In this document: in pieces, positions 12,443 through 26,594 of the stretch | Layout of the letters: every line of letters starts with the position of its first letter | Numbering within the stretch: the first letter of the stretch is position 1 | Translations under genes and position numbers: made by a program | The notes under the pieces: generated by a model | What the model was told of the DNA's origin: nothing | Seen by the model: only the letters and a program-made list of their open reading frames with translations | The model's database searches: none | DNA from: Felis catus | Lineage: Eukaryota | NCBI RefSeq assembly: GCF_018350175.1 | Contig: NC_058373.1 | Coordinates: forward strand, 103,356,001-103,420,000 | Direction of reading: 5' to 3' | DNA length: 64,000 nucleotides

Positions 12443-12974
12443 CGGATCTCATTATGTTTGTGAGTTGTTGTCTTCAGACTCTGTATCAAATGTCCTGATG
12501 AACCCCAGACAGCTACAAAGATACAAAAGTAGACTTGATTTTTGCATTTCTCAAACTTCCAAGTTGATCCCATATAGTTGAGCTATTTGTATTATATTCC
12601 ACACAATACATTATTTAAGTTGGATTTTGAAAATCCATGTTTTTTCTTTAAAAATTCTATCAGTACTTAAATCTAACTTCCAGGAGAATTTAATTTCCTT
12701 CATGTTCATTGTCATATTGCTACTTTTGTGACCATCCTCATTTACTTTTAATAATGTAAAGATTAGAAGATATAGTATTTGATAGTTTCTCATCACACTG
12801 ATATTTAAGGCGTCTTAGTATTTTTGAGGGAAATGGATTTTTCATTTCCCAAAAGTAAATGCACATTTACATGGGCTTTTATTTCAGGAGTTAAAATATT
12901 GGAACATTTAAGTTCCATGAATTAGAAAATTGGCTGTTTTTCTATAACCTCTTGCAATTGTGAGGTAGATACAT

Positions 12975-14092
12975 CCCATTTGACAAGGGTGCTAAAAGTA
13001 TTCAACAAATGGAGTTGGCATAACTAGATAGCCACATACAAAAGGATGACATTAGATCCCTACCTCACACAATACACAAAAAATTAACTCAAAATGGATC
13101 CGAGTGTTAAAACTATGGAATTCTTAGAAGAAAACAGTAAAACTTTATGACCTTGGATTAGTCAGTGATTTCTTAAGACCCCAAAAAAACACAACACCAT
13201 AAATTGGGCTTTAAAATGTTTTATTTTTCCCGTGTTCATGTTTTAGTTTCTTAAATTCCACATTGAATCAAATTCAAATGTTGTATACACCAAAGGACTG
13301 TCAAGTAAAAAAACCCAGAAAATAGAAAGTAACTTGAAAATCATAAGCCTTGTATTCAGATTGTGAAGAACTCATCAATAAAAAGAACCCAGTAAAAAAT
13401 GGAAAAATGTCTAATCTGTTGACCAAAGATGATCTAGAAATAACCAATAAGTGCATAAGAAGATTCCCGGCATCAGAGAAACGCAGATTAAAATCATGAG
13501 CTACCACTTTATACTATAATGGCTAAGCCAAAACAAGTGTTGGCAATGTGTTGGAAAATTGAAACCTTCATACACTTTTGGGGGGATTGCAGAATAGTAC
13601 ATACAGCCACTTTAAAACAAACAGTATGGCAATTCAGTTCCTCAGAAGGTAAAATATACAATTGCCAGGTAACTCCTTAGATATGTACCCAACACCTGAA
13701 GACATGTTCACACACAGACTTGTACGTGAATATGTAGCATCCTTATAGTAATAAGTAGAATCACCCCAAAAGTGTTTATAGCTATATTTAGCTATAAAAA
13801 TTAAGTACTAATACGAACTTTGAAAACATGCCAAGTGAAAGAAACCAGACACAAAAGGCCACATATTGTAGGTCAGAAAATAGGCAAATTCACAGAGACA
13901 GTAGATTAATAGTGGACACAGAGGAGAGAAGAGTTAAGGAGGGACTATTACTTTCATGATTATATGAAAATGTTCTAAACTTACATAGCAGTGATGGTTG
14001 CACAACTCTGTATATACTAAAAACAAATTTTATACTTTGAGAGGGTGACTTTCAATATCTGAATTCTATCTCAAAACTGATTTTTTTTAAAA
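12975..14092 (+). mobile_element. Ancient eutherian L1 (L1M-type) 3' fragment
   Basis: tttgacaagggtg...aaaattaactcaaaatggatc and an L1M-type 3' end (gtgatggttgcacaactctg...aattctatctcaa). Heavily decayed. Confidence 0.8.
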
Positions 14093-15985
14093 GACGAAGT
14101 TCAGAGATGCTAGATCATGGAAAAAAATTGCACCCTAAAATTTAAATACAGCACTATAACCTTAGTGCTTCACATAAAGAAATTCAGGATCATCCAATGC
14201 CTAGCTTGAGATGTTTTCCAAAGTCTTAAAACACAGCTTGCTCCTATCATACTTCCACTTGCCATTAGCTAAAGAGAACATAGAAACCCACTAAGAAGAT
14301 TATTAGAGAACTTTATATTCTTAAGGATTGACTGCCATTTTTTGCAATTAGGATGAAAAAATAGAATGGTATTTCTGAAAGAATAGAATGGAGTATTATG
14401 CTGAGGCCTCAAAATCCACTTTAAAAAGTATTTAAGTGAATTTGCTCCTGGACAAGATGGCAGAACAGCATAGAAGTCTTTTTGGTTTTTTGGGGGTTTT
14501 TTTTGCATCTCTCATCCCTGAAGATCAACACTAAACCATCCTCCACACCTAGAAAAGTGATTTGAGGATTAAACAACAATCTGCTCAACCTGAACCACAG
14601 AACTCGGCAGGTACATACATAGCATAGAGACGTGAACTGGGGGAGAGAGAAGCTGTAGAAGGCAAGGAGCTATTTTTGCTTGAGGAGAGAGGATGGAGTA
14701 CAAGAAAGCATCCACTCCCTCCCGCCCGAAAGCAGCTGGAGAGAAAAAGAGGACATAAGGGACTGAACAAAAAGGAGAAAGAAAAGTGTTTAAATTCCAT
14801 TAAGACTCTATAAACAGGTTGAGGGCAGAGTCAAACTCTGCAGCTCGATACCTGGAGGTTCCCAGGTGGGAAGGGTGAACCGCAAAGAGCAAGGTCTGAG
14901 GGGTGCTCAGCTCACAAGGGGAGAGGTGGTTCACCTTCTGGGAGGACATTTGTTAGAGACTGTGAGGCCACCCCACAAGCAAAGGTCCCAGTGGACCCCA
15001 GACAACCACATTCGCTGGTGCTGGAACAAGGACGTTAAGGGAGAAGCTTAATGCCAGATGTGTGTTATGATTTTCCATAATCCTGAGATACTGCTGCTAC
15101 ACAATTGTGTGAACTTTTTCTGGGGTGGGCTGGCACCCAGCCACAGTGTCTGGGCATTGCCAGAAACAGAGTCTCCCAAACATTCCTGGGGGCAGGCAGG
15201 CACCCGGACATTGCTCAGTGAGACCCTCCCCCAGAGGGTCAGAATGGGTCAAAGCCCCAGTCACTCAGGAGTGAGGGGTTGGGAAACACAACTGCATTTG
15301 AGATAAAACTTAGGAGGGCGGTACCCCCTGGCAGCCTGATGGCTTGGTCACAGACAGTGTAAAAGCAGGGAGTGGATGGAAGCTGGAGACAAGGCAGGGG
15401 TGCACAATTGCTGGTCAGAGAGAACATAGAGTTCTGATACTAGAGACTGGGTAGCTGGGTGATGCCATTTTCACCCCTCCCGTGCATGCGCATACACACC
15501 TACAGGTGCCACAACAATCCACCCCAGTAAGCTAAGCAGCACCATCCAGCGGAGGATGGAGCTGTTACACTAAGCCCCGCCCAACTGGGCCAACCTCACT
15601 CTTCAGGAACACCGCAGTCTCTCTGCCTGCTTAGTTTATGGATTAAAAAAGTGCTTCATAGTTTGACTTCTAGGGGAACCTGATGTAATTTAAATCATAT
15701 GTCAGTCTGTTCACTGGTCCATCTATTCAATTTTTTTTCTTATTCTTGAATACAAAAAGAAAAATTTTCCATTTTTATTAAAAATTTTTCCACTATATTT
15801 TGTAATTTTTGTAATTTTTTTCAAATTCTACTTCCATCATTTCATTTTATTTCATTGTATTCATCTTTCCAACTTTTCAAATGTTTTTTTCTTTTTTTTT
15901 CTTATCTTTCCCTTTTTTCTCTAATCAAGTTCCTTTCAACAACCAGACCAAAACACACTTAGGATCTAGCAGCCTTTATTTGATT

Positions 15986-15987
<2 letters not shown>

Positions 15988-16020
<33 letters not shown>
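15988..16020. repeat. (GT)n microsatellite within L1
   Basis: About 16 GT units, seen directly. Confidence 0.9.
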
Positions 16021-16021
<1 letters not shown>

Positions 16022-18787
16022 GTCTTTAATTTTAGAAAGAACAGGAAGAAATGAATCTACACAGATACAAACAAGATGTCTGAACCAGAATTTAGAGTCA
16101 CGATAGTACTACCAGCTATGGTTGAAATAGATTAGAATCCCTTTCTGCAGAGATAGAAGTCAAAGCTAGTCAGGATGAAATAAAAAAAAGTTATAACTGA
16201 GCTGCAATCTCGAATAGATGCCATGGCAGCAATGATGGATGAAGCAGAGCAGCAGATCAGTGATATAGAGGACAAACCTATGGAGAATAATGTGCAGAAA
16301 AAAAGGAGGAAGACTAAAGCAAAAGAGCACAATTAGAGAAATCAGTGACTCATTAAAAAGGAATAACATCAGAATCATAGGGGTCCCAGACGATGAAGAG
16401 AGAGAAAAAGGGGTAGAAGGGTTATGTGAGCAAATCATAGCAGAAAACTTTCCTAAATTGGGGAAAAACACAGACATCAAAGTCCAGGAAGTACAGAGGA
16501 CTCCCGTTAGATTCAACAAAAACCAACCATCAATAAAGCATATCATAGTCAAATTCACAAAATCCTCAGGCAAGGAAAGAATCATAAAAGCAGCAAGGGA
16601 AAAACAGTCCTTAACCTACAAGGGAAGACAGATCAGGTTTGCAGCAGACCTATCCACAGGAACTTGGCAGGTCAGAAAGGAGCGGCAGGATATATTCAAG
16701 ATGCTGAATTGGAAAAAATATGCAGCCAAGAATCCAGCAAGGCTGTCATTCAAAATAGAAGGAGAAATAAAAAGTTTCCCAGAAAAACAAAAATTAAAGG
16801 AGTTTGTGACCACTAAACCAGCCCTGCAAGAAATTTTAAGGGGGACTCTTTGAGGAGACAAAAGATGAGGAAAAAAAAAAAAAAGACCAAAAGACCAAAA
16901 GCAACAAAGAATATAAAGGACCAGAGAACACTACAAACTCCAATTCTACAGGCAACATAATGGCAATAAATTCATATCTTTCAGTACTCATTCTAAACGT
17001 CAGTGGACTCAATGCTCCAATCAAAAGACCTAGGGTAACAGAATGGATAAGAAAACAAGATCCATCTATATGCTGTTTACAAGAGACCCATTTTAGACCT
17101 AAAGACACCTTCTGATAGAAAATAAGCAGATGGAGAACCATCTATCATGCTAATGGTCAACAAAAGAAAGCCAGAGTAGCCATACTTCTATCAGACAATC
17201 TAGACTTTAAAATAAAGACTATAACAAGAGATGAAGAACACATTATATCATAATTAAGGGGTCTATCCACCAAGATCTAACAATTATAAACATTTATGCT
17301 CTAAATGTGAGAGAACCCAAATATATAAATCAATCACAAACATAAAGAAACTCATTGATAGTAATACCATAATAGTAGGGGACTTCAACACCTCACACAA
17401 CAACAGAAAGATCATCTAAACAGAAAATCAACAAGAAACCATGGCTTTGAATGACACACTGGACCAGATGGACTTAACACATTTATTCAGAGCATTTCAT
17501 CCTAAAGCAGTGGAATACACATTCTTCTCCAGTGCGCATGGAACGTTCTCCAGAATAGACCACATACTGGCACACAAATCAGCCCTCAACAAGTACAAAA
17601 AGGTCAAGATAATACCATGCATATTTTCAGGCCACAGCGCTATGAAACTCGAAATCAACCACAAGAAAAAATGTGGAAAGATAACAAATACTTGGAGACT
17701 AAAGAACATCCTACTGAAGACTGAATGAGCTAACCAAGAAGTTAAAGAGGAAATTAAAAAGTACACGGAAGCCAATGAAAATGATTATACCAAAACCCAA
17801 AACTTCTGGGACATAGCAATGGAGGTCATAAGAGGGAAGTATACAGCACCCAGGCCTTCCTAAAGAAGGAAGAAAGGTCTCAGATACACAACCTACCCTT
17901 ACACCTTAAAGAGCTGGAAAAAGTACAGCAAATTAAACCCAAAACCAGCAGAGGACAGGAAATAATAAGATTGGAGCAGAAATCAATGCTATCAAAACCA
18001 AAAAGCAAAAAAACAGTAGAACAGATCAATGAAACCAGAAGCTGGCTCTTTGAAATAATTAACAAAATTGATAAGCCCCTGGCCAGTTTGATCAAAAACA
18101 AAAAAGGACCCAAATAAATAAAATCAAGAATGAAGGAGGAGAGATCACAACCAACACAGCATAAATAAAAACAATAATAAAAGAATATTACAAGCAATTA
18201 TATGTCAATAAAACAGGCAATCTGGAAGAAATGGACAAATTCCTAGAAACATATAAACTACCAAAACTGAAACAAGAAGTAGAAAATTTGAACAGACCAA
18301 TATTCAGTGAAGAAGTAAAATTAGTAATAAAAAAAATCTCCCAAAGAACAAGAGTCCAGGGCCAGATGGCTTTCCAGGGGAATTCTACCAAACATTTAAA
18401 GAATAGTTAACACCTATTCTCTTGAAGCTGATCCAAAAAAAATAGAAGTCAAAGTAAAACTTCCAAACACTTTCCATGAAGCCAGCATTACCTTGATTTG
18501 AAACCAAAGACCCCACTAAATATAGACCAATTTCCCTGATGAACATGGATGCAAAAATCCTCAACAAGATACTAGCCAAGTGGATCCAACAATACATTAA
18601 AAAAATTATTCACCATGACCAAGTGAGATTTATACCTGGGATGCAGGGCTTGTTCAATATCCACAAAACAATGTGATACATCACATCAATAAAAGAAAGG
18701 ACAAGAACCACATAATCCTCTCAATAGATGCAGAGAAATCATTTGCCAAAATACAGTATCCTTGATAAAAAAAACCCTCAAGAAAGT

Positions 18788-19435
18788 TGGGAATGCAAGC
18801 TGGTGCAGCCACTCTGGAAAACAGTATGGAAGTTCCTCAAAAAACTAAAAATAGAACTACCCTATGACCCAGCAATTGCACTAGTAGACATTTATCCAAG
18901 GGATACAGGTGTGCTGTTTTGAAGGGACACATGCACTCCCATGTTTATAGCAGCACTATCAACAATAGGCAAAGTATGGAAAGAGCCCAAATGTCCATCG
19001 ATGGATGAATGGATAAAGATGTGGTATATATATACAATGGAGTACTAGTCAGCAATCAAAAAGAATAAAATCTTGCCATTTGCAACTACGTGGATGGAAC
19101 TAGAGGGTATTATGTTAAGCGAAGTTTGAGAAAGACAAATATCAGATGACTTCACTCATATGAGGACTTTCAGAGACAAAACAGATGAACATAAGTGAAG
19201 GGAAACAAAAATAATATAAAAACAGGGAGGGGGACAAAACAGAAGAGACTCCTAAATATGGAGAACAAACTGGGGGTTGCTGGAAGGGGATGGGCTAAAT
19301 GGATAAGGGGCACTAAGGAATCTACTCCTGAAATCATTGTTTGACTATATGTTAACTAATTTGGATATAAATTTTTAAAAATTTAAAGATTTAAAAAATT
19401 TTTAAAAATATACAAAAAAATGTAAAGAAAAAATA
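18788..19435 (+). mobile_element. 5'-truncated L1 3' end nested in ORF2 of the host L1
   Basis: The host ORF2 RT region jumps abruptly to [14 protein letters not shown]. Has its own 3' UTR and an A-rich tail at ~19375-19435. Confidence 0.9.
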
Positions 19436-19529
19436 TATAAACATAGGAATAGACTCAGAAAACATTTGGTAAAATTCAACACTGACTCACATAAAAACCT
19501 TCAGCAATGAGGAAAATAGAAAGTCATTG

Positions 19530-20150
19530 TATTATAAAATATTTGTATAAGTACATAATAATGATGAAAGCTAAGATCACCAGGTGAAAGTTTGAAGAAA
19601 AGCAAGGTATATGTATAGTCTCAAGGTCTCTCTCCCAAGTTTTTTTTTTTTACAACAAAGAGAAAGGTGGTAACTCTTTGTGGAGGAAAATGGCAGGCAC
19701 CATCTTAACCAAGGAAACCCAGTAATGCGGCATTGACTTCATGTATCCTTGTGATACACAGAGAAAGGCACAATGCCCTTCCTGTGGTAGTTTTGCCAAA
19801 AGTGCATAACTTCAATCTAAACATTAAAAAAAAGGATCAGGCAACCCCAAACTGAGAACATGTTACAAAAATAACTGGTTGGTACTCAGCAACCATGTCA
19901 AGATTATGAAAAACAAGGAAGCTTCAGGATCCAGCTGTCACAGATTGCTGAAGACCAAGGGCCCATGATAACTAAATGTGAAATGGGATCCTGGAGTGGA
20001 TCCTGAAAAAGAAGCAGGGTATCTGTGGAAAAACCAATCATACTTAAATGAAGTCAGTTAATAGTATTGTGTTTCCTGTGTTGATCATTGTACTACTTAA
20101 GTTATCAACATTAGGGGAAACTGCATGCAGGGTACTGTGTTTTTTTGCAA
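19530..20150 (+). mobile_element. Ancient L1MC-like 3' UTR fragment (within the putative transduced segment)
   Basis: Diagnostic-looking words ctgtggtagttttgccaaaagtgcataacttcaatctaa, acaaaaataactgg, gataactaaatgtgaaatgggatcctggagtggatcctg. Confidence 0.65.
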
Positions 20151-20158
20151 ACAGAGTG

Positions 20159-20389
20159 TTTTTTTTTTTTTTAATTTTTTTTCAACGTTTTTTTATTTAT
20201 TTTTGGGACAGAGAGAGACAGAGCATGAACGGGGGAGGGGCAGAGAGAGAGGGAGACACAGAATCGGAAACAGGCTCCAGGCTCTGAGCCATCAGCCCAG
20301 AGCCCGACACGGGGCTCGAACCCATGGACCGTGAGATCGTGACCTGGCTGAAGTCAGACGCTTAACTGACTGCGCCACCCAGGTGCCCC
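20159..20389 (-). mobile_element. Young Can-SINE (SINEC_Fc-type)
   Basis: Reverse-complement SINE with poly(T). TSD GCAAACAGAGT at 20147-20157 and 20390-20400. Confidence 0.95.
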
Positions 20390-23300
20390 GCAAACAGAGT
20401 TTTTAAAATAAGATTTTGAAAGCATTTCTTGGATGACTTTATAATATCCTCATGAGCTTTTTTATGGATAGACCTAACCTCAGTTTCGATATATAGTATG
20501 AGATTGTAGACATGGTGCAAGGCAGCAGTGAGTTACGTTCCATGGCTTGGGTTGAATTTGTATTCTAATGTTCATAAAACATATTTTATGTATAAGCTCA
20601 TAAAAGTATAAAAAGTCAGATTATCCAAAAGAAACCCTCAAGAAAGTAGGGATAGAAGGATCAAACCTCAAGATCATAAAAGCCATCTATTAAAGACCTA
20701 CCACTAATATCATCCTCAATGGGGAAAACTGAGAGCTTTCCCCTAAGGTCAGGAACAAGACAGGGATGTCCACTCTCACCACTGTTATTCAACATAGTAT
20801 TGGAAGTCTTAGCCTCGGCAATCAGACAACACAAAGAAATAAAAGGATCCAAATTGGCCAGGAGGAGGTCAAATTTTCACTCTTCGCAGATAACATGATA
20901 CTCCATATGGAAAACCCAAAAGATTCCACCAAAAAACTGCTAGAACTGATCCATGAATTCATCAAAGTCGCAGGATATAAAATCAATTCATGAAAATTGG
21001 TTGCATTCCTATACACCAAGAATGAAACAACACAAAGAGAAATCAAGGAATCAATCCCATTTACAAATGCACCCAAACCCATAAAGTACCTAGTAATAAA
21101 TTTAACCAAAGAGGTGAAAAATCTATACACTGAAAACTTTAGAAAGCTTATGAAAGAAATTGAAGATGACACACAAAAAAAGGAAAAAATGCTCCATGCT
21201 CCTGGATAGGAAGAACAAATAATGTTAAAATGTTAATACTATCCAAAGCAATCTACATATTCAATGCAATACCTATCAAAGTAACACTAGCATTCTTCAC
21301 AGAGGTAAAATAAACAATCCTAAAATTTGTATGGAACCAAAAAAAGACCCCAAATAGCCAAAGCAATCTTGAAAAAGAAAACTAAAGCAGGAGGCATCAC
21401 AATCCCAGACTTCAAGCTATACTACAAAGCTATAATCATCAAGACAGCATGGTATTGGCACAAAAATGGACACCAGATCAATGGAACAGAATAGAGAACC
21501 CAGAAATGGACCCACAAACATATGGCCAACTAATCTTTGACACAGCAGGAAAGAATATCCAATGGAATAAAGACGGTCTCTTTAGCAAATGGTGCTGGGA
21601 AAACTAGACGGCAACATGCAGAAGAATGAACCCGGACCACTTTTTTATACCATACACAAAAATAAATTAAAAATGGATGAAAGACCTAAATGTAAGACAG
21701 GAAGCCATCAAAATCCTTGAGGAGAAAGCAGGCAAAAACCTCTTTGATCTTGGCCACAGCAACTTCTTACTCAACACATCTTTGGAGGCAAGGGAAATGA
21801 AAGCAAAAATGGGACCAAAAAACTATTGGGACCTCATCAAAATAAAAAGCTTCTGCACAGCAAAGGAAACAATCAGCAAAACTAAAAGGCAACCGACAGA
21901 ATGGGAGAAGATATTTGCAAACGACATATCAGATAAAGGGTTAGTATCCAAAATCTATGAAGAACTTAGCAAACTCAACACCCAAAAAACAAACAATCCA
22001 ATGAAGAAATGGGCAAAAGACATGAAGAGACACTTCTCCAAAGAAGACATCCAGATGGCCAACCGACACATGAAAAAATGCTCCACATCACTCATCATCA
22101 AGAAACACAAATCAAAACCACAATGAGATACCACCTCACACCTGTCAGAATGGCTAAAATTAACAACTCAGGAAGCAACAGATGCTGGCAAGGATGTGGA
22201 GAAAGGGCAACACTTTTGCACTGCTGTGGGAATGCAAACTTGTGCAGCCACTCTGGAAAACAGTATGGAGGTTCCTCAAAAAATTAAAAATAGAACTACC
22301 CTATGACCCAGCAATCACACTACTAGGTATTTATCCAAGGGATACAGGTATGCTGTTTTGAAGGGGCACATGTACCCCAATGTTTATGGCAATGCTATAG
22401 ATAATAGTCCAAGTATGGAAAGAGCCCAAATGTCCACCAACAGATGAATGGATAAAGAAGATGTGGTGTGTGTGTGTATGTATATGTATATGTATTATGT
22501 ATACACATAAATATGTGTATATATATGTATATATACACACATACACATACACAGTGGAGTATTACTTGGCAATCAAAAAGGTGAAATCTTGCCATTTTCA
22601 ACTACATAAATGGAACTAGAGGGTATCATGCTAAGTGAAATTAGAGAAAGATAAATATATAACTTCACTCATATGAGGACTTCAAGATACAAAAAAAAAT
22701 GAACATAAGGGAAGAGAAGCAAAAATAATATAAAAACAGGGAAGGAGACAAAACATAAAAGGCTCTTAAATATGAAGAACAAACAGAGGGTTACTGGAGG
22801 GGTTGTGGGAGGGGGGTATGGGCTAAATGGGTAAGGAGCATTAAGAAATCTACTCCTGAAATCATTGTTGTACTATATGCTAACTAACTCAGATGTAAAT
22901 TTAAAAATAAATTATTTTAAATAAATTATTAAAAAAAAGAAAATAAAAAGAAGTATTTAAGTGATAACTCTTGCAATCTAAATTAAAAGACATTGGAGGA
23001 CCACTATGAAAACATTTAAATCTGGGAAGCATGAAGAATAAAACTTATTCCTCCACCACCCAAAGATAAACTGTCAACATTTGGAGTTCCAGCTTTCTAT
23101 ACTTAAATGAATTTTTACTTGTGACTTTAATTTCATCTGGTGTTTACTTACTTACTTACCAACACTGATGTACATTTTGAGATGTGGTTTGGGGAACAGG
23201 GGGAAATGATCTGTAGGTCTGTAGTGGGTTTCTCAGTGAATAGCTACAAAAGAAGTTTGCTCTCCTAAAGCACAAAATGTGTCCAATGTTGGCAAAATGA

Positions 23301-24668
23301 GACCATGGTGGTTAGGGCTGCTGAAACTGTAAGCCTAATAAAACTGTTTTCAAGCCATTGGGTATCCCTAAATACCCGTGGCCAACTATGGGACATGCTT
23401 TGGAATGTCCAAATGGTCTATTCTTAAGCATTACCTCCTTCTTTTATCTTCTAAATAGGTGCTAGATTAAGAGTAAAGTTATTCTTATTAGTTAAAGGGG
23501 GAAAAAATGGATTCATTCTTGCCTAATTCCAGGCTCAAATTTGAGGTTACACCAGAGTGCGATGGGGTGTTTGCTTCAAATGCAGTTTCTTTAGTGGCAT
23601 CTACAGAGGCTGATGATCTTCTACTTTTCTAGATCTCTTCAGTAATTTACACTTTGGACAGACAACCTAGATGATTCTGCAGGTAATGCATGTTCCATGC
23701 TTAGTTGAAGAAAAATTTCTTAAAGTGATTCTATGAACTGTACACCTCTGTAGTACAAGGTACTGAATCCCCGCTGTGTTTATTAGTTTTGGCTGACCTA
23801 GTGTGGTTTCCTGGAAACTTGAAGTATACAAGTACAAATAGAGATGGGAATGGATGGCCCACCCAGTCAAGTGTTCTTCCTACCCTGTGATTCTACCTTC
23901 CATCTTCTGTCAAATAGAACAGACTCAACTCCATTTCCTTTTTTCTTAACTTCTGTGCCCTATTCTTTAGCATCGATTTCTTTAGTTCATGTCTGTAACC
24001 ATTTCGACCTTACAGGGAAAATCTCTAGAAATTCTCAAATTATTTGAGAGAGTTCAGAGTTAAAGATGAGATTTGTACAGAATTCTGAGAGCTTGCTAAG
24101 CTCTCAAAAGTGTTATCAATTATGATGGAAACTTGCTGTGTGTCAACAAAGTAGGGGTCATCACAGCACCTTTCACAGGCTTTGGGTTTCTACATCTAGT
24201 AATATACTTTTAATAAAACTTGCAAAGGGAAACTTTTTTAGTTACAGATTTCTGCATGTATTCTGGAAATGTTATGTTAAATACATTCATTGGGTTAAAG
24301 GGATGCACAAGTATATCCTCATCTATAAAATAGAAATGACAACAGTGCTTCTACTCCTTAGAGATATGAAGGTAACATAATACATGTACTATAGTACATA
24401 ATAGAGGCTCGGTAAATAATGGTTTTTACTTTTTGCTTACAGAAATATTTCCCAACATGTAATCTTTGTATATAAATTAAGTCCCAGAAATTTTTCTTTT
24501 AAAGATCATGTAACCCATGATACTATATGTAGAAAACCCTAGTGTCTCTACCAAAAAAAACTACTAGAATAAATGGATTAAGTTGCAGGATACAAATACA
24601 CACCAATCTGTTGCGTTTCTATACACTAATATGAAGTAGCAGGAAGAAATTAAGAAAACAATCCCACT

Positions 24669-24891
24669 GGGGCACTTGAGTGGCTCAGTGGGTTAAGCGT
24701 CTGACATCAGCTCGGGTCATAATCTCACTGTGAGTTCATCGGGCTCTGTGCTGACAGCTCAGAGCCTGGAGCCTGCTTCAGATTCTGATTGTGTGTCTGT
24801 CTATCTGTCTCTCTCTCTCTCTCTGCCCCTCCCCTGCTCATGCTCTCTCTCTCAAAAATAATAAATAAGCCTTTAAAAGAAAAAGGAAAGG
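24669..24891 (+). mobile_element. Can-SINE
   Basis: GGGGCAC...GTGGCTCAG head. TSD AAACAATCCCACT at 24656-24668 and 24892-24904. Confidence 0.93.
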
Positions 24892-26289
24892 AAACAATCC
24901 CACTTACAATAGCACAAAAAAGAATAAAATACCTAGGAATAAACTTAACCAAAGAGGTGAAAGGCCTATTATCTGAAAGTTTTCAAAACCATGATGAAAG
25001 AAATTGAAGATGACACAAACAAATGGAAAGAATTTCATGCTAATGGGTTAAAAGAATATCATTAAATGGTCCATACTACCCAAAGCAATCTATACATTTA
25101 ATGCAATCCCTATCAAAATACCAATAGTATTTTCCGCACAACTAGAACAAATCATCCTAAAATTTGTATCGAACCACAAAGACTCTGAACAGCAAAACAA
25201 TCTTGAAAAAGAACAAAATTGGAAGTATCATAATCCAAGATTTGAAGATACATTACAAAGCTGTAGTAATCAAAACTATATGGTACTGACACAAAAATAG
25301 ATACATAGATCAATGGAGAACAGCATGCCCAGAAATAAATCCACGATTAGATGGTCAATTAATATACAACAAAGGAGGAAAACATATACAATGGGAAAAA
25401 GCCTCTTCAACAAATGGTGCTGGAAAATTGAACAGCTGCATGCAAAAGAATGAAACCAGACCACTTTCTTACACCACACATAAAATAAACTTGAAATGGA
25501 TTAAGGATCTGTATATGAGACATGAAACCATAAAAATCCTAGAAGAGAGCACAGGCAATAATTTATCTGACATTAGCAACAACAACACTTTTCTAGATAT
25601 GGCTCCTGAGGCAAGGGCAACACAAGCAAAAATAAACTGTTGCAACTACATCAAAATAAAAGGCTTCTGCACAGCAAAGGAAACAACCAACAAAACTAAA
25701 ATACAACCTACTGAATAGGAAAATATATTTACAAATGTCGCATCCAGTAAGGGGTTAGTATCCAAATTATATAAAGAATATACTATTATACTACTCAACA
25801 CCCAAAAAAAAATCCAATTTAAAAATTGGCAGAAGACTTAAACAGACATTTCTCCAAAGCAGACATACAGATGGGCAACAGACACACGAAAAGATGCTCA
25901 ACATCACTCATCATTAGGGAAATACAAATCAAAACTACGAGAGGTCATTTCACACCTTTCAGAATGACTACTATCAAAAACACAAGAAATAACAAGTGTT
26001 GATAAGGATGTGGAGAAAAAGGAACCTCGTGCATTATTGGTGGGAATATAAACTTATGCAGCCACTGTGAAAGACAGTACATAAGTTCCTCAAAAAATTA
26101 AAAATCGAACTACCATATGATCCAATAATATCACTGGATTATCTAAAGAAATTTATCCCCAAAAATTAAAACACTAATTTGAAAGGATGTATGTACCCCT
26201 ATGTTCATTACAGTATTAGTTACTATAGCCAAGGTATGAAAGCAGCTCAAGTATCCATCGATGGATGAATGGATAGAGATAGTGATAGG

Positions 26290-26330
26290 TGTATGTATAC
26301 GTATATATATAGTGTGTATATATATATATG

Positions 26331-26380
<50 letters not shown>

Positions 26381-26400
26381 TAATATATAATATATACATA
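26290..26400. repeat. (TA)n/(CA)n compound microsatellite in L1 3' region
   Basis: Long TA run followed by a CA run, seen directly. Confidence 0.9.
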
Positions 26401-26594
26401 TCACATGGAATATTACTCAGCCATAAAAAACGAAATCTTGCTATTTGCAACAACATGAATGGACCTACAGAGCATAATAAGTGAAATAAGTCAGAGAAAG
26501 ACAAACACCATATGATTCACTCACATGTGGAATTTAAGAAACAAAACAAATGAGAAAAGGAAAGAAAAAGTAACAAACCAAAAAATAGACTCTT

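Larger units (their letters stand above)
8350..12465 (+). other. PELI2: PELI2 3' UTR (end approximate)
   Basis: AT-rich stretch with no recognisable repeats after the stop codon, ending near poly(A) signals. Repeats resume at ~12975. Confidence 0.7.
14440..22950 (+). mobile_element. Full-length but inactivated carnivore L1 (5' UTR, ORF1 ending 16853, ORF2 from 16960), interrupted by an insertion at 18788-20631
   Basis: Exact 14-bp TSD AAGTATTTAAGTGA at 14426-14439 and 22951-22964, with CAAGATGGC near the 5' end. ORF1 peptide NIRIIGVP...[14 protein letters not shown], and ORF2 fragments either side of the insertion are collinear. Many stops and frameshifts. Confidence 0.93.

Noticed and set aside
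18781..18800. Simple internal deletion of ORF2 in the first L1, with an independent second L1 at 20632
   Set aside because: The 16-bp duplication and the outer TSD at 14426/22951 show one host element split by an insertion.
22331..26504. ORFs rich in YI/CV/TH repeats
   Set aside because: Translations of (TA)n/(CA)n microsatellites inside L1 3' regions.
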